From Tagaea sp. (GTDB taxonomy: Bacteria > Pseudomonadota > Alphaproteobacteria > CACIAM-22H2): a DNA stretch of 64,000 nucleotides. Both the position numbers and the translations under genes were made by a program. The notes below the pieces were generated by a model. The model saw nothing but the letters and a program-made list of their open reading frames with translations. It was not told the origin of the DNA and searched no databases. Shown here in pieces: positions 9,037 to 18,899 of this stretch. How positions within the stretch are numbered: the stretch's first letter is position 1; each line of letters begins with the position of its first letter. The stretch lies in contig CBDIIB010000004.1 in the NCBI GenBank assembly GCA_965279525.1, positions 800,001-864,000 on the forward strand. Reading direction: 5' to 3'.

Positions 9037-9705
9037 CTAGCCCGCGAACGCCGCGAGTGCCGCGGCATCCCCCTTCACGAGAAGCGGGACCGCCGCGGCG
9101 ACGCGCGCCGCCGGCCAATCCCACCAAGCGATCTCGAGCAGCTTTTCGATCACCGGTGCCGGGAACCGCATCTTGACGACACGCGCCGGATTGCCGGCAG
9201 CCATCGCGTAGGCCGGGACATCGCGCGTGACGACCGCGCAGGCGGCAATGATGGCTCCCGAGCCGATCGTCACGCCGGGCATGATCGTGCTCTTGAAGCC
9301 GCACCAGACATCGTTGCCGACCTTGATGCTGCCCTTGTTGATCGCTGGATAGTCGCGCGCCGACATATTCTCCGCCCATTCGCCGCCAAAAACCGGAAAC
9401 GGGTATGTCGATGGCCCCGCGACGGCATGATTGGCGTCCGACATGATGAACGTCGTGTCGTGCGCGAACGCGCAATATTTGCCGATATCGAGCCGAGCAC
9501 CAGAGAAGCCAAAATCGTAGCGGACGTTCCGGATGAAAAACCGCGTCGGATCGTCGAAGTCGGAATAGTAGCTGTACGCACCCGCCGTCAGATGCGGTCT
9601 CGGCGGATGGATCTCGTCGAGCAGTGGTTTCAGGAAGACCGTGTGCCGGGCGCCGGCACCGAATGGAAAAAGGGAGTTCGGATCGATCGAGGCCGGGTGG
9701 GTCAT
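9037..9705 (-). CDS. CatB/Vat-related xenobiotic O-acetyltransferase (hexapeptide repeat)
   Basis: GAYSYYSDF, LDIGKYCAFA, ANH..GPSTYPFPVFG, GNDVWCG, IMPGVTIGSGAII, GNPARVVKMRF, LLEIAWWDWP. Real start is MTHPAS at 9705. Confidence 0.9.
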   Translation of the reverse strand: MTHPASIDPNSLFPFGAGARHTVFLKPLLDEIHPPRPHLTAGAYSYYSDFDDPTRFFIRNVRYDFGFSGARLDIGKYCAFAHDTTFIMSDANHAVAGPSTYPFPVFGGEWAENMSARDYPAINKGSIKVGNDVWCGFKSTIMPGVTIGSGAIIAACAVVTRDVPAYAMAAGNPARVVKMRFPAPVIEKLLEIAWWDWPAARVAAAVPLLVKGDAAALAAFAG

Positions 9706-9707
9706 CG

Positions 9708-11600
9708 CTAGATCTCCACTTGGGTTCCCAATTCGACGACGCGGTTGGACGGGATGCGGAAGAACGCGGTGGCGCTGTAGGAACTGCGCGACAGGGCGAT
9801 GAACAGCTTTTCGCGCCAGCGGGGCATCAGCGGCTTGCTCTTCATCACCAGGTTCTCGCGGCCGAAGAAGAACGACGTGTCCATCATGTCGAACTTCAGG
9901 CCCAGCGGCTGCGCCAGACGCAGCACGCGCGGGATGTTCGGCCCTTCCATGAAGCCGTAGCGCAGGGTCACCCGCCAGAAATTCTTTTCGAGCGCCAGGA
10001 CCTGCATGCGGTCCTTTTCGGCGACCTGCGGTATCTGCTCGAACACCACCGTCAGCAGCACGACGCGCTCGTGGAGCACCTTGTTGTGCTTCATGTTGTG
10101 AAGCAGGGCGTACGGCACGCCGTCGGTCGTCCCCGTCATGAACACGGCCGTGCCGGCCACCCGGGGCGGATTGCCGTCGCGCAGCCGCGCGATGAACGGT
10201 TCGAGCGGCACGGTGCTCTCGTGCAGCCGCTCGACGAGGATCCGCCGGCCGCGCTTCCACGTCGTGAAGATCGAATAGAGCCCGGCCCCGGCGACAAGCG
10301 GCAGCCAGCCGCCGTCGGCGAACTTGACCAGGTTGGCCAGGAAGAACGAGAGATCGACGATGAGCAGCAGGACGGTGACTGTCAGTGCCAGCAGGCGCGA
10401 CCAGCCCCAGACGTGACGCGCTACGACGTAGGCGATCAGCGTGGCGACGCACATCTCGCCGGATACCGACAGGCCATAGGCGGACGCGAGGTTCGTCGAC
10501 GACTGGAACCCGATCACCAGCGCCAGCACGCAGACGCACAGGATCCAGTTCACGCGGGGGATGTAGATCTGCCCGATCTCGGTTTCCGACGTGTGGCGGA
10601 TCTCCATGCGGGGCAGGTAACCGAGCTGGATCGCCTGGCGCGACAGCGAAAACGCACCGGTTATGACCGCTTGGGAGGCGATGACGGTGGCCGCCGTTGC
10701 GAGGATGACGATCGGATACAGCAGCACTTCCGGGATCATCAGGAAGAACGGATTCGCCGCCGCTTCGGGCTGGCGCATCAGCAATGCACCCTGGCCGAAA
10801 TAGTTGAGGACCAGAGCCGGTTGCACGAACGTCACCCAGGCAAGCCGGATCGGACGCTTCCCGAAATGACCGATATCGGCGTAGAGCGCTTCGGCACCGG
10901 TCAGCGCAAGGAATACGGCTCCCATCACGAGGAAGCCGCGCCAGCCGTCGGTCCACAGGAAATGGAGGCCGTAATAGGGATTGATCGCGGCAAGAACCGC
11001 CGGGGTCTGGGCGATCGAGACGACGCCCAGTGTGGCCAGCACCGCGAACCAGACAATCGTCACAGGGCCGAAGAAGGCGCCGACACGCGCGGTACCGCGA
11101 CGCTGGATCATGAACAGCAGGACAAGAATCACGCACGCGATCGGCACGACGTAGCGCTCGAACTCCGGCGTGGCGACTTTCAGGCCCTCGACGGCGGAAA
11201 GCACCGAAATGGCCGGCGTGATGATCGCGTCTCCGAAAAACAGCGCCGCACCGAACAGGCCGGCCGCCACGATCGGCACGCCACGATGCACGCCGGCGGG
11301 AGCGGCCTTCATCGCAAGCGCCATCAGCGCGAACATGCCGCCCTCGCCGCGATTGTCGGCACGCAGGATGTAAGTAACGTACTTGAGCGTGACGACGATG
11401 ACCTGCGTCCATACGATCAGCGACAGCACGCCCAGGACATGCGGCAACGTCGGGTCCATCGGATGGGGACCGGTGAACGCCTCGCGCATCGTATAGAGCG
11501 GCGATGTCCCGATATCTCCGAAGACAACGCCGATAGCGCCTACCGCAAGAGCCATCAGGCGCTTGTCGGTGCCGGCCGCGTCCGTCGTACTGCTAGTCAT
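9708..11600 (-). CDS. kup: Potassium transporter Kup
   Basis: GVVFGDIGTSPLY, ADNRGEGG, ITPAISVLSAVEGL, GAEALYADIGHFG, GQIYIPRVNW. Confidence 0.97.
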   Translation of the reverse strand: MTSSTTDAAGTDKRLMALAVGAIGVVFGDIGTSPLYTMREAFTGPHPMDPTLPHVLGVLSLIVWTQVIVVTLKYVTYILRADNRGEGGMFALMALAMKAAPAGVHRGVPIVAAGLFGAALFFGDAIITPAISVLSAVEGLKVATPEFERYVVPIACVILVLLFMIQRRGTARVGAFFGPVTIVWFAVLATLGVVSIAQTPAVLAAINPYYGLHFLWTDGWRGFLVMGAVFLALTGAEALYADIGHFGKRPIRLAWVTFVQPALVLNYFGQGALLMRQPEAAANPFFLMIPEVLLYPIVILATAATVIASQAVITGAFSLSRQAIQLGYLPRMEIRHTSETEIGQIYIPRVNWILCVCVLALVIGFQSSTNLASAYGLSVSGEMCVATLIAYVVARHVWGWSRLLALTVTVLLLIVDLSFFLANLVKFADGGWLPLVAGAGLYSIFTTWKRGRRILVERLHESTVPLEPFIARLRDGNPPRVAGTAVFMTGTTDGVPYALLHNMKHNKVLHERVVLLTVVFEQIPQVAEKDRMQVLALEKNFWRVTLRYGFMEGPNIPRVLRLAQPLGLKFDMMDTSFFFGRENLVMKSKPLMPRWREKLFIALSRSSYSATAFFRIPSNRVVELGTQVEI

Positions 11601-11744
11601 TTTATCGGCTGGCCCCCTCGTTCCGGCCGGACATTGCCCCAATTCGAGTTCCCGGCGCCAGCACGAGTTCTTTTGCACGACAGGTGGCGTGGCTACTCCC
11701 TATATATAAGTCATGTACGAGAACATCGATTCCCGCGGGCCAAG

Positions 11745-12386
11745 ATGACGCACCCCGGTTCCGAGCCCGCGATCAACCTGCCGCCGTTCACGCTTGCATT
11801 GATCGCCGTGAATGTCGCTGTCTTCGCGGCCATCCGACTGCTCCAGGGCGATGCAGGCTGGCTGGCGATCGACTCGTTCGGCTTCATCCCGCAGCGCTAC
11901 AGCGGCGGCATGCCGGCAGGTGCGGAAGCGCTCTATACGCCGATCACCTATCAGTTCCTGCATGGCGACTGGGTACATCTCGCCGTCAACATGGTCAGCC
12001 TTGCCGCCTTCGGTGCCGGCGTGGAGCGGCGCGTGGGCGGTGGCACGATGCTTTCCGTCTACCTTCTGTGCGGCATGCTTGCCGCCGCCGCCCACTTCGC
12101 GATCTATCCCGTCAGCCCGGATCCGGTGATCGGTGCTTCGGGCGCGATCTCGGGCCTGATGGGTGGCGTGCTGCGCCTGATGGGCCGGCCCCGTGGCGGT
12201 GCAGCCGGCGGCATGATCGGCCTTGCCGTCGTCTGGGCCGTGTCCATGATCGCGTTCGGCATCGTCGGGACGCCGGGCGACGGCGGCACCCAGATCGCGT
12301 GGGTTGCGCATGTCGGTGGCTTCGTCGCCGGTCTGCTCCTGTTCCGCTTCTTCATCCACAACGGATCGACCGATGACCAGACTTGA
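11745..12386 (+). CDS. Rhomboid family intramembrane serine protease
   Basis: TYQFLHGDWVHLAVNM, IGASGAISG (catalytic Ser), AWVAHVGGF (catalytic His). Confidence 0.93.
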   Translation: MTHPGSEPAINLPPFTLALIAVNVAVFAAIRLLQGDAGWLAIDSFGFIPQRYSGGMPAGAEALYTPITYQFLHGDWVHLAVNMVSLAAFGAGVERRVGGGTMLSVYLLCGMLAAAAHFAIYPVSPDPVIGASGAISGLMGGVLRLMGRPRGGAAGGMIGLAVVWAVSMIAFGIVGTPGDGGTQIAWVAHVGGFVAGLLLFRFFIHNGSTDDQT

Positions 12387-13401
12387 AACCCTGCGGCGCG
12401 CGATGCTGCCGCTCGACGGCACGATCGCGGACTGGGTCCCGGAAATCATGGATGCCTACGCGCGGATCGTGCCGATGCGCGAATGGCCCAAACTCACCAT
12501 GGTCGATTTCACGGCCGGCTCATGCCTGATGCCGTCGCTGTTCGCCGCCTTTGGCGTGCGGCGGCTGGTGGTCAACGATTTCGCACCGCGCTCGCATCTG
12601 GCGGCACGCTTCCTGTTCGGGCGGCGCAAGATCGACGGCGATCGCGTATCGGCGCTGCTGGCGTCAAAGCGACCGAAGCTGCGCGCACACGTGCCGACTT
12701 TCCATTTCGCGTGCGACTATCTGGTCGAGCCGGCATGCGACGTGTTCGACCGCCTCTATCACGCCGATGTCCCGGCCGCCGAGCGCACGGGGCTGCAATA
12801 CCTTGCCGTGCGCTGGGCGCTTGGCTTCGCCAAGTCGGTCGAGGACGGATTCGAGATCCTCTATTCGCACGACCATGCCCGCCTCGCCCGCCAGCGCGAT
12901 GTCGACTGGAAGGCCTATCTCGCGCGCGCACGCCGCCCCGCACCGGTGCTTGGCCAGCTCGTGCGCGAACTCAATTCGGCGATCGACGCGGTCGGCCCTG
13001 TCCGCGCCCGTCTCCACTGCGCGGACATGAAGGACGTCGCGAAAGGGCTGAGGCTTTCGACGCCGGTCTTCGCGGCCGTCAATCCGCCGACGCGCGGACT
13101 CGACGAGTACACGATCGACGACCAACTCGTTCATTCGCTGATGGCGAACCGCTGGCTGCCGCTGTCGCAGACGCCCGAGACGCCGCTTGCGTTCTGGACG
13201 CGGCGTGTCGATGCGGGCCTGCGCCATCTGCCGCAAGGCGCCCACTACATGGTCTGGGGCGGCGACGGCTCGATGCGGTGGAGCGAGTGCCTGCGCATCT
13301 GGTCCCTCTATGGCGCGCCGCTGCACCTGTCGCGGCTCGGCGCGGACGCCGAATCGCCCGGCTGGGGAATTTTCAAAACACACACGAAGCGGGTGAAATA
13401 G
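12373..13401 (+). CDS. Hypothetical protein resembling a D12/Dam-class (alpha group) adenine methyltransferase with degenerate motifs
   Basis: Motif I-like MVDFTAGS, motif II-like LVVND, motif III-like LHCADM, motif IV-like AVNPPT (vs D/NPPY). Start overlaps the rhomboid stop. Confidence 0.55.
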   Translation: MTRLETLRRAMLPLDGTIADWVPEIMDAYARIVPMREWPKLTMVDFTAGSCLMPSLFAAFGVRRLVVNDFAPRSHLAARFLFGRRKIDGDRVSALLASKRPKLRAHVPTFHFACDYLVEPACDVFDRLYHADVPAAERTGLQYLAVRWALGFAKSVEDGFEILYSHDHARLARQRDVDWKAYLARARRPAPVLGQLVRELNSAIDAVGPVRARLHCADMKDVAKGLRLSTPVFAAVNPPTRGLDEYTIDDQLVHSLMANRWLPLSQTPETPLAFWTRRVDAGLRHLPQGAHYMVWGGDGSMRWSECLRIWSLYGAPLHLSRLGADAESPGWGIFKTHTKRVK

Positions 13402-13467
13402 ATCGCTTTTTTCCGGATTTCATCGAGCACCCTCTTGCAGAATGCAAATCGCCATCTATGTTGAAGT

Positions 13468-13578
13468 CACTTGGCCGAGCTCACCGCTCGCCAACGATGA
13501 TCCTGCCCCTAGCCCCCCTCGGGGCGGATCGTTCAAGGCCCCGGCGCCTGCCCCCCCTCGCGCCGGGGCCGTTTGAAC
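13468..13578 (+). ncRNA. Putative small RNA with three hairpins, two with C-rich (GCCCCCCUC) loops
   Basis: Stems 13471-13494, 13496-13533 and 13537-13570. Upstream TTGCAG-N16-TATGTT promoter-like sequence. Architecture resembles alphaproteobacterial anti-SD-loop sRNAs. Confidence 0.55.
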
Positions 13579-13627
13579 CCCCGACCGGAAGCTTGGCGCG
13601 CGAACGGCGCATCCTTATTGTTCGGGC

Positions 13628-14521
13628 ATGAAACTTCCCACGCATGACCGCTACGACTATTCGCCGATCCGCGGCCGGCCGACCTATGACTGGCCGAACG
13701 GGACGCGCCTGGCCGTCTATCTCGGCCTCAATCTCGAACATTTCGCGTTCGGCGAGGGGCTCGGTGCCGAACTGGCGCCCGGCGGGCCGGCGCCCGACGT
13801 GCTCAACTACGCATGGCGCGACTACGGCAACCGCGTGGGTGCGTGGCGGATGCTCGAGCTGTTCGACGAGCTGTCGCTGCCGAGTTCCGTGCTCGCCAAT
13901 TCGAGCATGTACGGGTATGCGCCATCGCTGCTCGAGGCGTTCCGAAAGCGCGGCGACGAGATCGTCGGCCACGGCCGCACGAATGCCGAGCGCCAGGGCA
14001 CGCTGGCCGAGAGCGAGGAAGCGGCCCTGATCGCCGAGGCGACGGCCGTGATCAAGCTCCACGAAGGCAAGCCGCCCAAGGGCTGGCTCGGGCCGTGGAT
14101 CAGCCAGAGCCGCGTCACACCCGACCTGCTGCAGGAAGCCGGGTACCGCTATCTCCTCGACTGGTGCATGGACGACCAGCCGGTGTGGATGCGCACGCGC
14201 AAGGGCCGCATCCTGGCGCTTCCGTATCCGCAGGAGCTCAACGACATCCCGATGATCGTCGGTCGAAAGATCGGCGGCGATGCATTCGCCGACATGATCG
14301 TGGACAATTTCGACGAGATGCTCGCCCAGTCGAAGGCGCAGCCGCTGGTGATGGGGATCGCACTCCATCCCTACCTCGTCGGCCAGCCCTATCGTCTGCG
14401 CCACCTGCGCCGGGCGCTGTCGCATATCCGCAATCATCGCGCGGGGATCTGGTTCGCGACGGCCGGCGCCATCGCCGACCACGCGATCTCGCTGCCGCCG
14501 GGGATCGTGCCGGGCGGCTGA
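13628..14521 (+). CDS. Polysaccharide deacetylase family protein (PuuE-like)
   Basis: YSPIRGRP..WPNGTRLAV, NYAWRDYGNRVGAWR, GWLGPW, ALHPYLVGQPYR. Confidence 0.9.
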   Translation: MKLPTHDRYDYSPIRGRPTYDWPNGTRLAVYLGLNLEHFAFGEGLGAELAPGGPAPDVLNYAWRDYGNRVGAWRMLELFDELSLPSSVLANSSMYGYAPSLLEAFRKRGDEIVGHGRTNAERQGTLAESEEAALIAEATAVIKLHEGKPPKGWLGPWISQSRVTPDLLQEAGYRYLLDWCMDDQPVWMRTRKGRILALPYPQELNDIPMIVGRKIGGDAFADMIVDNFDEMLAQSKAQPLVMGIALHPYLVGQPYRLRHLRRALSHIRNHRAGIWFATAGAIADHAISLPPGIVPGG

Positions 14522-14673
14522 CCACGTCTTGGGCAGGATTCGCTATTTGCAAATTCCGGTTCGGGATATCCGGCACTCGTGTCGCGATGGCGCTTGAACA
14601 AATTAGCCAACGGTGTAAATCGGTTATCCGCCATTCCGGAAAATAGCCCCGCTCGCCAGAGTCCCGATCCCGC

Positions 14674-16671
14674 GTGACCGATACCATCGCGACCACGTCC
14701 CGGCCGACGCCCGAATTCACGCTGCCGTTCGGGCCCGAGCATCAGATCCGGCTCGACCAGCCGCTGGTCGAGTTTTCGCGCGCGTGGGCGCCGTGCTTCG
14801 TCACCAAGCATGTCGAGCATCCGGACATCCCGCTGATGGCGTATATCTGCGCGCCGAACCCCGGCGTGCGGATCGAGACGGCCAAGCGCACGCGCCAGAT
14901 CGAGCGCAGCGGCCTGCTCAAGCTCTTCCACCACGGCACGCTGACGCTGCCGGGCAAGCCCGACCATTACGGCTTCGTCTACGAGCGTCCGATCGCGCCC
15001 GCCCCGCCGCGGCGCATGTGGGGCAGCTACAACGCCAAGCTGCTGACGACGAACCTGATCCGCCCCGCACTCGCGGCACTTTCCGATCTCTACGAAGTCG
15101 GACACGCGCATGGCGGCATCCGGCCGGACAACCTCTTCTCGATGGACAGCAAGCAGACGCTGTTCGTGCTCGGGCCGCCCACGCTGTGCCCGGCCGGCTA
15201 CGACCAGCCCGCGGTGTTCGAGACGTGCGAGCGCGCACTTGCCAAGCGCGAGGCCAAGGGCCAGCCGGGCCCGGCCGACGATCTCTTCGCGCTCGGCCTC
15301 ACGATCTACTGCCTCGCCTCGGGCAAGATGCCGGGCGAAGGCTTCGACGACAAGGACGTGATGCAGCGCCGCCTGCGCTACTCGTCGCAGGCCGCCCTGC
15401 TCGACACCGCCCAGCTCCCGCGCGACCTCTACGATCTCGTGATGGGCCTGACCGACGACGACGTGCGCCAGCGCTGGGACATGCAGAAGGTCAACGAGTG
15501 GGCCGCCGGCCGCAAGCCCGAAGCGCCGCCGCGCGCCAATCTGGGCAGGCGGCGCTTCACGATCCGCGTCGGCAGCGTGGAATGCGACAATCCGCGCGAA
15601 GTCGCCAACGCGATGTACCTGAACCAGCCCGAAGGCATCCGGATGGTGAAGGAAGGTGCCGTCGACAAGTGGCTCGTCGAGAACGCGCTGGTCGGCGAGC
15701 ACGGCGCCGCGAACGTCATGAAGGCCGGCGAAGGCGACGACGACATCGTCGACGCGCAGAACCTTGCGCGCGCCATCGTGCGCTGCGATCCGGCGGGGCC
15801 GATCCGCTACAAGTCGCTGTCGTTCTATCCGGCGGGTGCGGGCACGCTTCTCCAGCAGGTCGTCAACGATCCCGCGCGCCGGCAGGAGTTCGTCGAGCTG
15901 CTTCAGGGCAAGCTCGTCTCGTACTGGATGAAGTCGGCGGGCGACCACGGCCTCGTCGACATGCCCGCCAAGCGGCTGCAGGAGACCGAGAAGAACTTCG
16001 AGCGGTACGGCGACAATCTCGAGGCCGCACTCTACAAGCTCAACCCCGACGCGCCCTGCCTTTCGCCCGCCGTCGGCGGCAAGTGGACGGCCACCCACAC
16101 CGACCTTGCCGAGCCGATGGAGCGCGCCTGCGCCAACGAGGTGGCCCCGGCACTCGACCGCCACATGGTCGGCTTCTTCGGCGCGCGCGCCGAGATCTCC
16201 GACCGGGCACTCGGCCACTGGTACAAGCTGAGCGAGCCCAACAAGACGGCGGCCCCTTCGGTGCTGCGCGTCGCCGGCCGCTTCCAGCAGGACTGCCAGG
16301 GCAAGCAGTTCCCCAATCTCGCCAAGGTCTGCCTGCGCATGGCCGACAAGGTCATCGAGGACATCCACCACCCGCAGACGCGCAAGAAGCTGCGCGACCA
16401 GATCGTGCAGAAGGCGAGCACCGGTGCGGTGTCGGACATGTTCGACATCGTCATGGACGAGGAAGTGCGCGCCGCCGACGAGCGCGCCTTCAAGGAAGCC
16501 AAGGAAGAGTTCGACCGCCTCGACGCGATGCTCGCCGACCGCGAAGGCCTGCTGATGCGCGCGCGCCGCATGGGCCGCGACCGCGGCATGGAAGCGGCCT
16601 ACGGCCTGCTGTCGCTCGCGTGCATGGGCGGACTGATCGTGATGATGTTCATCGAACTGGGTTCGCGATGA
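14674..16671 (+). CDS. Protein kinase-like (probable pseudokinase) with C-terminal TM anchor
   Basis: Kinase-fold landmarks [11 protein letters not shown] (HRD-loop equivalent) and [20 protein letters not shown] (subdomain IX); C-terminal coiled coil and hydrophobic helix; GTG start. Confidence 0.75.
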   Translation: MTDTIATTSRPTPEFTLPFGPEHQIRLDQPLVEFSRAWAPCFVTKHVEHPDIPLMAYICAPNPGVRIETAKRTRQIERSGLLKLFHHGTLTLPGKPDHYGFVYERPIAPAPPRRMWGSYNAKLLTTNLIRPALAALSDLYEVGHAHGGIRPDNLFSMDSKQTLFVLGPPTLCPAGYDQPAVFETCERALAKREAKGQPGPADDLFALGLTIYCLASGKMPGEGFDDKDVMQRRLRYSSQAALLDTAQLPRDLYDLVMGLTDDDVRQRWDMQKVNEWAAGRKPEAPPRANLGRRRFTIRVGSVECDNPREVANAMYLNQPEGIRMVKEGAVDKWLVENALVGEHGAANVMKAGEGDDDIVDAQNLARAIVRCDPAGPIRYKSLSFYPAGAGTLLQQVVNDPARRQEFVELLQGKLVSYWMKSAGDHGLVDMPAKRLQETEKNFERYGDNLEAALYKLNPDAPCLSPAVGGKWTATHTDLAEPMERACANEVAPALDRHMVGFFGARAEISDRALGHWYKLSEPNKTAAPSVLRVAGRFQQDCQGKQFPNLAKVCLRMADKVIEDIHHPQTRKKLRDQIVQKASTGAVSDMFDIVMDEEVRAADERAFKEAKEEFDRLDAMLADREGLLMRARRMGRDRGMEAAYGLLSLACMGGLIVMMFIELGSR

Positions 16672-17237
16672 GTGCGGCCCGCTCGCCCCTGTCGCGCCGC
16701 CTGCTGATCGGCGCGCTGATCCTGCTGATCGCCGCGATCGCCGGCATGCTGGTGGTCGCGATCCTGCTCGTCCACCCGTCGCTGCTGATCTTCGTGGGCG
16801 GAGCGCTGGTGCCGGCGGCGATGCCGTTCATGATGCGCCATCCCCAGCGCATGTTCCTTGCGTGGGCATCGGGTACCGTCACGGTCGCGGCCATCGCCCC
16901 CATCGTGACGGGCGGCCTGTTCGACCCGACGCGCGCGGTCCACACCGAGATGCGCTCGTGGGCGATCGCCCTGGGTGCGGCGTTCTTCGGCTACGGGGTG
17001 GCGCTCGTGTGCCCGTGGCTGGGCGAGCGCGTGGCCGTCGCGCGCCACAAGCTGTCGGAAATCAAGTTCGACCGCCGGCGCGCGGAACTTGTCGAGATCT
17101 GGACCGAACAGCGCCTGCGCAAGCCCGCGAGTGCCCGCGCCGTCGTCGGCAAGGACTTCGTCTCGGAGGAAGAGGGTGCCGTCGCCCCCGCCGCCGACGC
17201 CCCGCCGGCCGCCCCGGAAACCCCCGCCGCGGCCTGA
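16668..17237 (+). CDS. Hypothetical membrane protein (about 4 TM), translationally coupled to the kinase-like gene
   Basis: ATGA overlap with the upstream stop; hydrophobic N-terminal two-thirds; RRAELVEIW motif near the C-terminus. Confidence 0.75.
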   Translation: MSAARSPLSRRLLIGALILLIAAIAGMLVVAILLVHPSLLIFVGGALVPAAMPFMMRHPQRMFLAWASGTVTVAAIAPIVTGGLFDPTRAVHTEMRSWAIALGAAFFGYGVALVCPWLGERVAVARHKLSEIKFDRRRAELVEIWTEQRLRKPASARAVVGKDFVSEEEGAVAPAADAPPAAPETPAAA

Positions 17238-17287
17238 TTTCCGCCGGACTGGCGCTCGCCGGGACTTGCGCTTATACAGGCGCAATC

Positions 17288-18667
17288 ATGTCCAAAACCA
17301 TCGCGAAGACCGCCCCGAAATCCGCGCCGAAGGCCGGCCCGAAGACAGGCCCGAAAACCGGCCCGAAGATCGGCATCGTCAGCCTCGGCTGCCCGAAGGC
17401 GCTGGTCGATTCCGAGCGCATCCTCACCAAGCTGCGCGCCGAGGGCTACGAGATCGCCCCCACCTACGAAGGGGCCGACGCGGTCATCGTCAACACCTGC
17501 GGCTTCCTCGACAGCGCCCGCCAGGAATCGCTCGAGGCGATCGGCGAAGCGCTCGCCGAGAACGGCAAGGTCATCGTCACCGGCTGCCTCGGCGCCGAAA
17601 GCGACCTCATCCGCAAGACGCACCCCAAGGTATTGTCCATCACCGGGCCGCAGCAGTACGAGGCGGTGGTAAAGGCTGTTCACGATGCCGTGCCGCCGCG
17701 CCACGACCCGTTCGTCGACCTGGTGCCCGCCCAGGGCATCAAGCTGACGCCGCGCCACTACGCCTATCTGAAGATCTCGGAAGGCTGCAATCACTCGTGC
17801 AGCTTCTGCATCATCCCGTCGATGCGCGGCAAGCTCGTGAGCCGGCCCGCGGGCGACGTGATGGTCGAGGCCGAGCGCCTCGCCCTTGCCGGCGTGCGCG
17901 AACTCCTGGTCATCAGCCAGGACACGTCGGCCTACGGCGTCGATATCCGCCACGCCGAAAGCCCGTGGCGCAAGCGCAAGGTGCGCGCGCACATGACCGA
18001 CCTTGCCGCCGCACTTGGCGAGCTCGGCGTGTGGGTGCGCCTGCACTATGTCTATCCCTACCCGCACGTGGATCAGGTGATCCCGCTGATGGCGGCGGGC
18101 AAGATCCTTCCCTATCTCGACATCCCGTTCCAGCACGCCTCGCCCGAAGTGCTGAAGGCGATGCGCCGCCCCGCCGACCAGGACCGCGTTCTCGAACGCA
18201 TCCAGTCGTGGCGCCGCCAAGTGCCCGACATGACGGTGCGCTCGACCTTCATCGTAGGATTCCCCGGCGAGACCGACGAGGATTTCGAGCTGCTGATCGA
18301 CTGGCTGGAAGAAGCCGAGCTCGACCGCGTGGGCTGCTTCAAGTACGAGCCGGTCAAGGGTGCGGCCGCCAACGACCTGCCCGGTGCCGTTCCCGAAGAC
18401 GTGAAGGAAGAACGCTGGCACCGCTTCATGGCCGCCCAGCAGGTCATCAGCGCCAAGCGGCTCAAGAAGAAGGTCGGCACGACGATCGACGTGCTGATCG
18501 ACGAGGCCGGCCCCAAGGGCGCCATCGGCCGCTCGAAGGCCGACGCCCCCGAGATCGACGGGCTGGTGCAGGTGAAGTCCGCCAAGCCCCTGACCGTGGG
18601 CGAGATCGTCAAGGTGAAGATCACCAACGCCGACGAATACGACCTCAGCGGCCGTCACGTTCCGTAA
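17288..18667 (+). CDS. rimO: Ribosomal protein S12 methylthiotransferase RimO
   Basis: [17 protein letters not shown], radical SAM motif [22 protein letters not shown]-terminal TRAM domain ADAPEIDG. Confidence 0.97.
   Translation: MSKTIAKTAPKSAPKAGPKTGPKTGPKIGIVSLGCPKALVDSERILTKLRAEGYEIAPTYEGADAVIVNTCGFLDSARQESLEAIGEALAENGKVIVTGCLGAESDLIRKTHPKVLSITGPQQYEAVVKAVHDAVPPRHDPFVDLVPAQGIKLTPRHYAYLKISEGCNHSCSFCIIPSMRGKLVSRPAGDVMVEAERLALAGVRELLVISQDTSAYGVDIRHAESPWRKRKVRAHMTDLAAALGELGVWVRLHYVYPYPHVDQVIPLMAAGKILPYLDIPFQHASPEVLKAMRRPADQDRVLERIQSWRRQVPDMTVRSTFIVGFPGETDEDFELLIDWLEEAELDRVGCFKYEPVKGAAANDLPGAVPEDVKEERWHRFMAAQQVISAKRLKKKVGTTIDVLIDEAGPKGAIGRSKADAPEIDGLVQVKSAKPLTVGEIVKVKITNADEYDLSGRHVP
17304..17375 (+). 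repeat. In-frame 12-nt tandem repeat (6 degenerate copies) in the rimO 5' end, encoding [24 protein letters not shown]
   Basis: Units cgaagaccgccc, cgaaatccgcgc, cgaaggccggcc, cgaagacaggcc, cgaaaaccggcc, cgaagatcggca. Confidence 0.85.
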
Positions 18668-18899
18668 ACCGCAACGGGCTGCAACGGTAACGTATTTATC
18701 CCTTTGAAGTTGCAGCGATGTTACTGCAACGGGGATTCGCGTTACGTAACACGGCCGCAAATCATCAGGTTACGACAGGCGACGGTAACCTGTTTAAGCC
18801 ATTGATCCCGCACGCTTGTAACCAGTCCCGCGCTTTTCGAGGCGACGGGACTACAACCACATATTCACCTGTCAAACAGCACACCTTCCGGCTGTTGTG

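Noticed and set aside
9624-11744. Long ORFs 9624..12386 (+) and 9037..11412 (-) fusing extra sequence to the rhomboid and the acetyltransferase
   Set aside because: They are antisense or alternate-frame shadows of kup caused by high-GC stop-codon scarcity. The recognisable proteins begin at 11745 and 9705.
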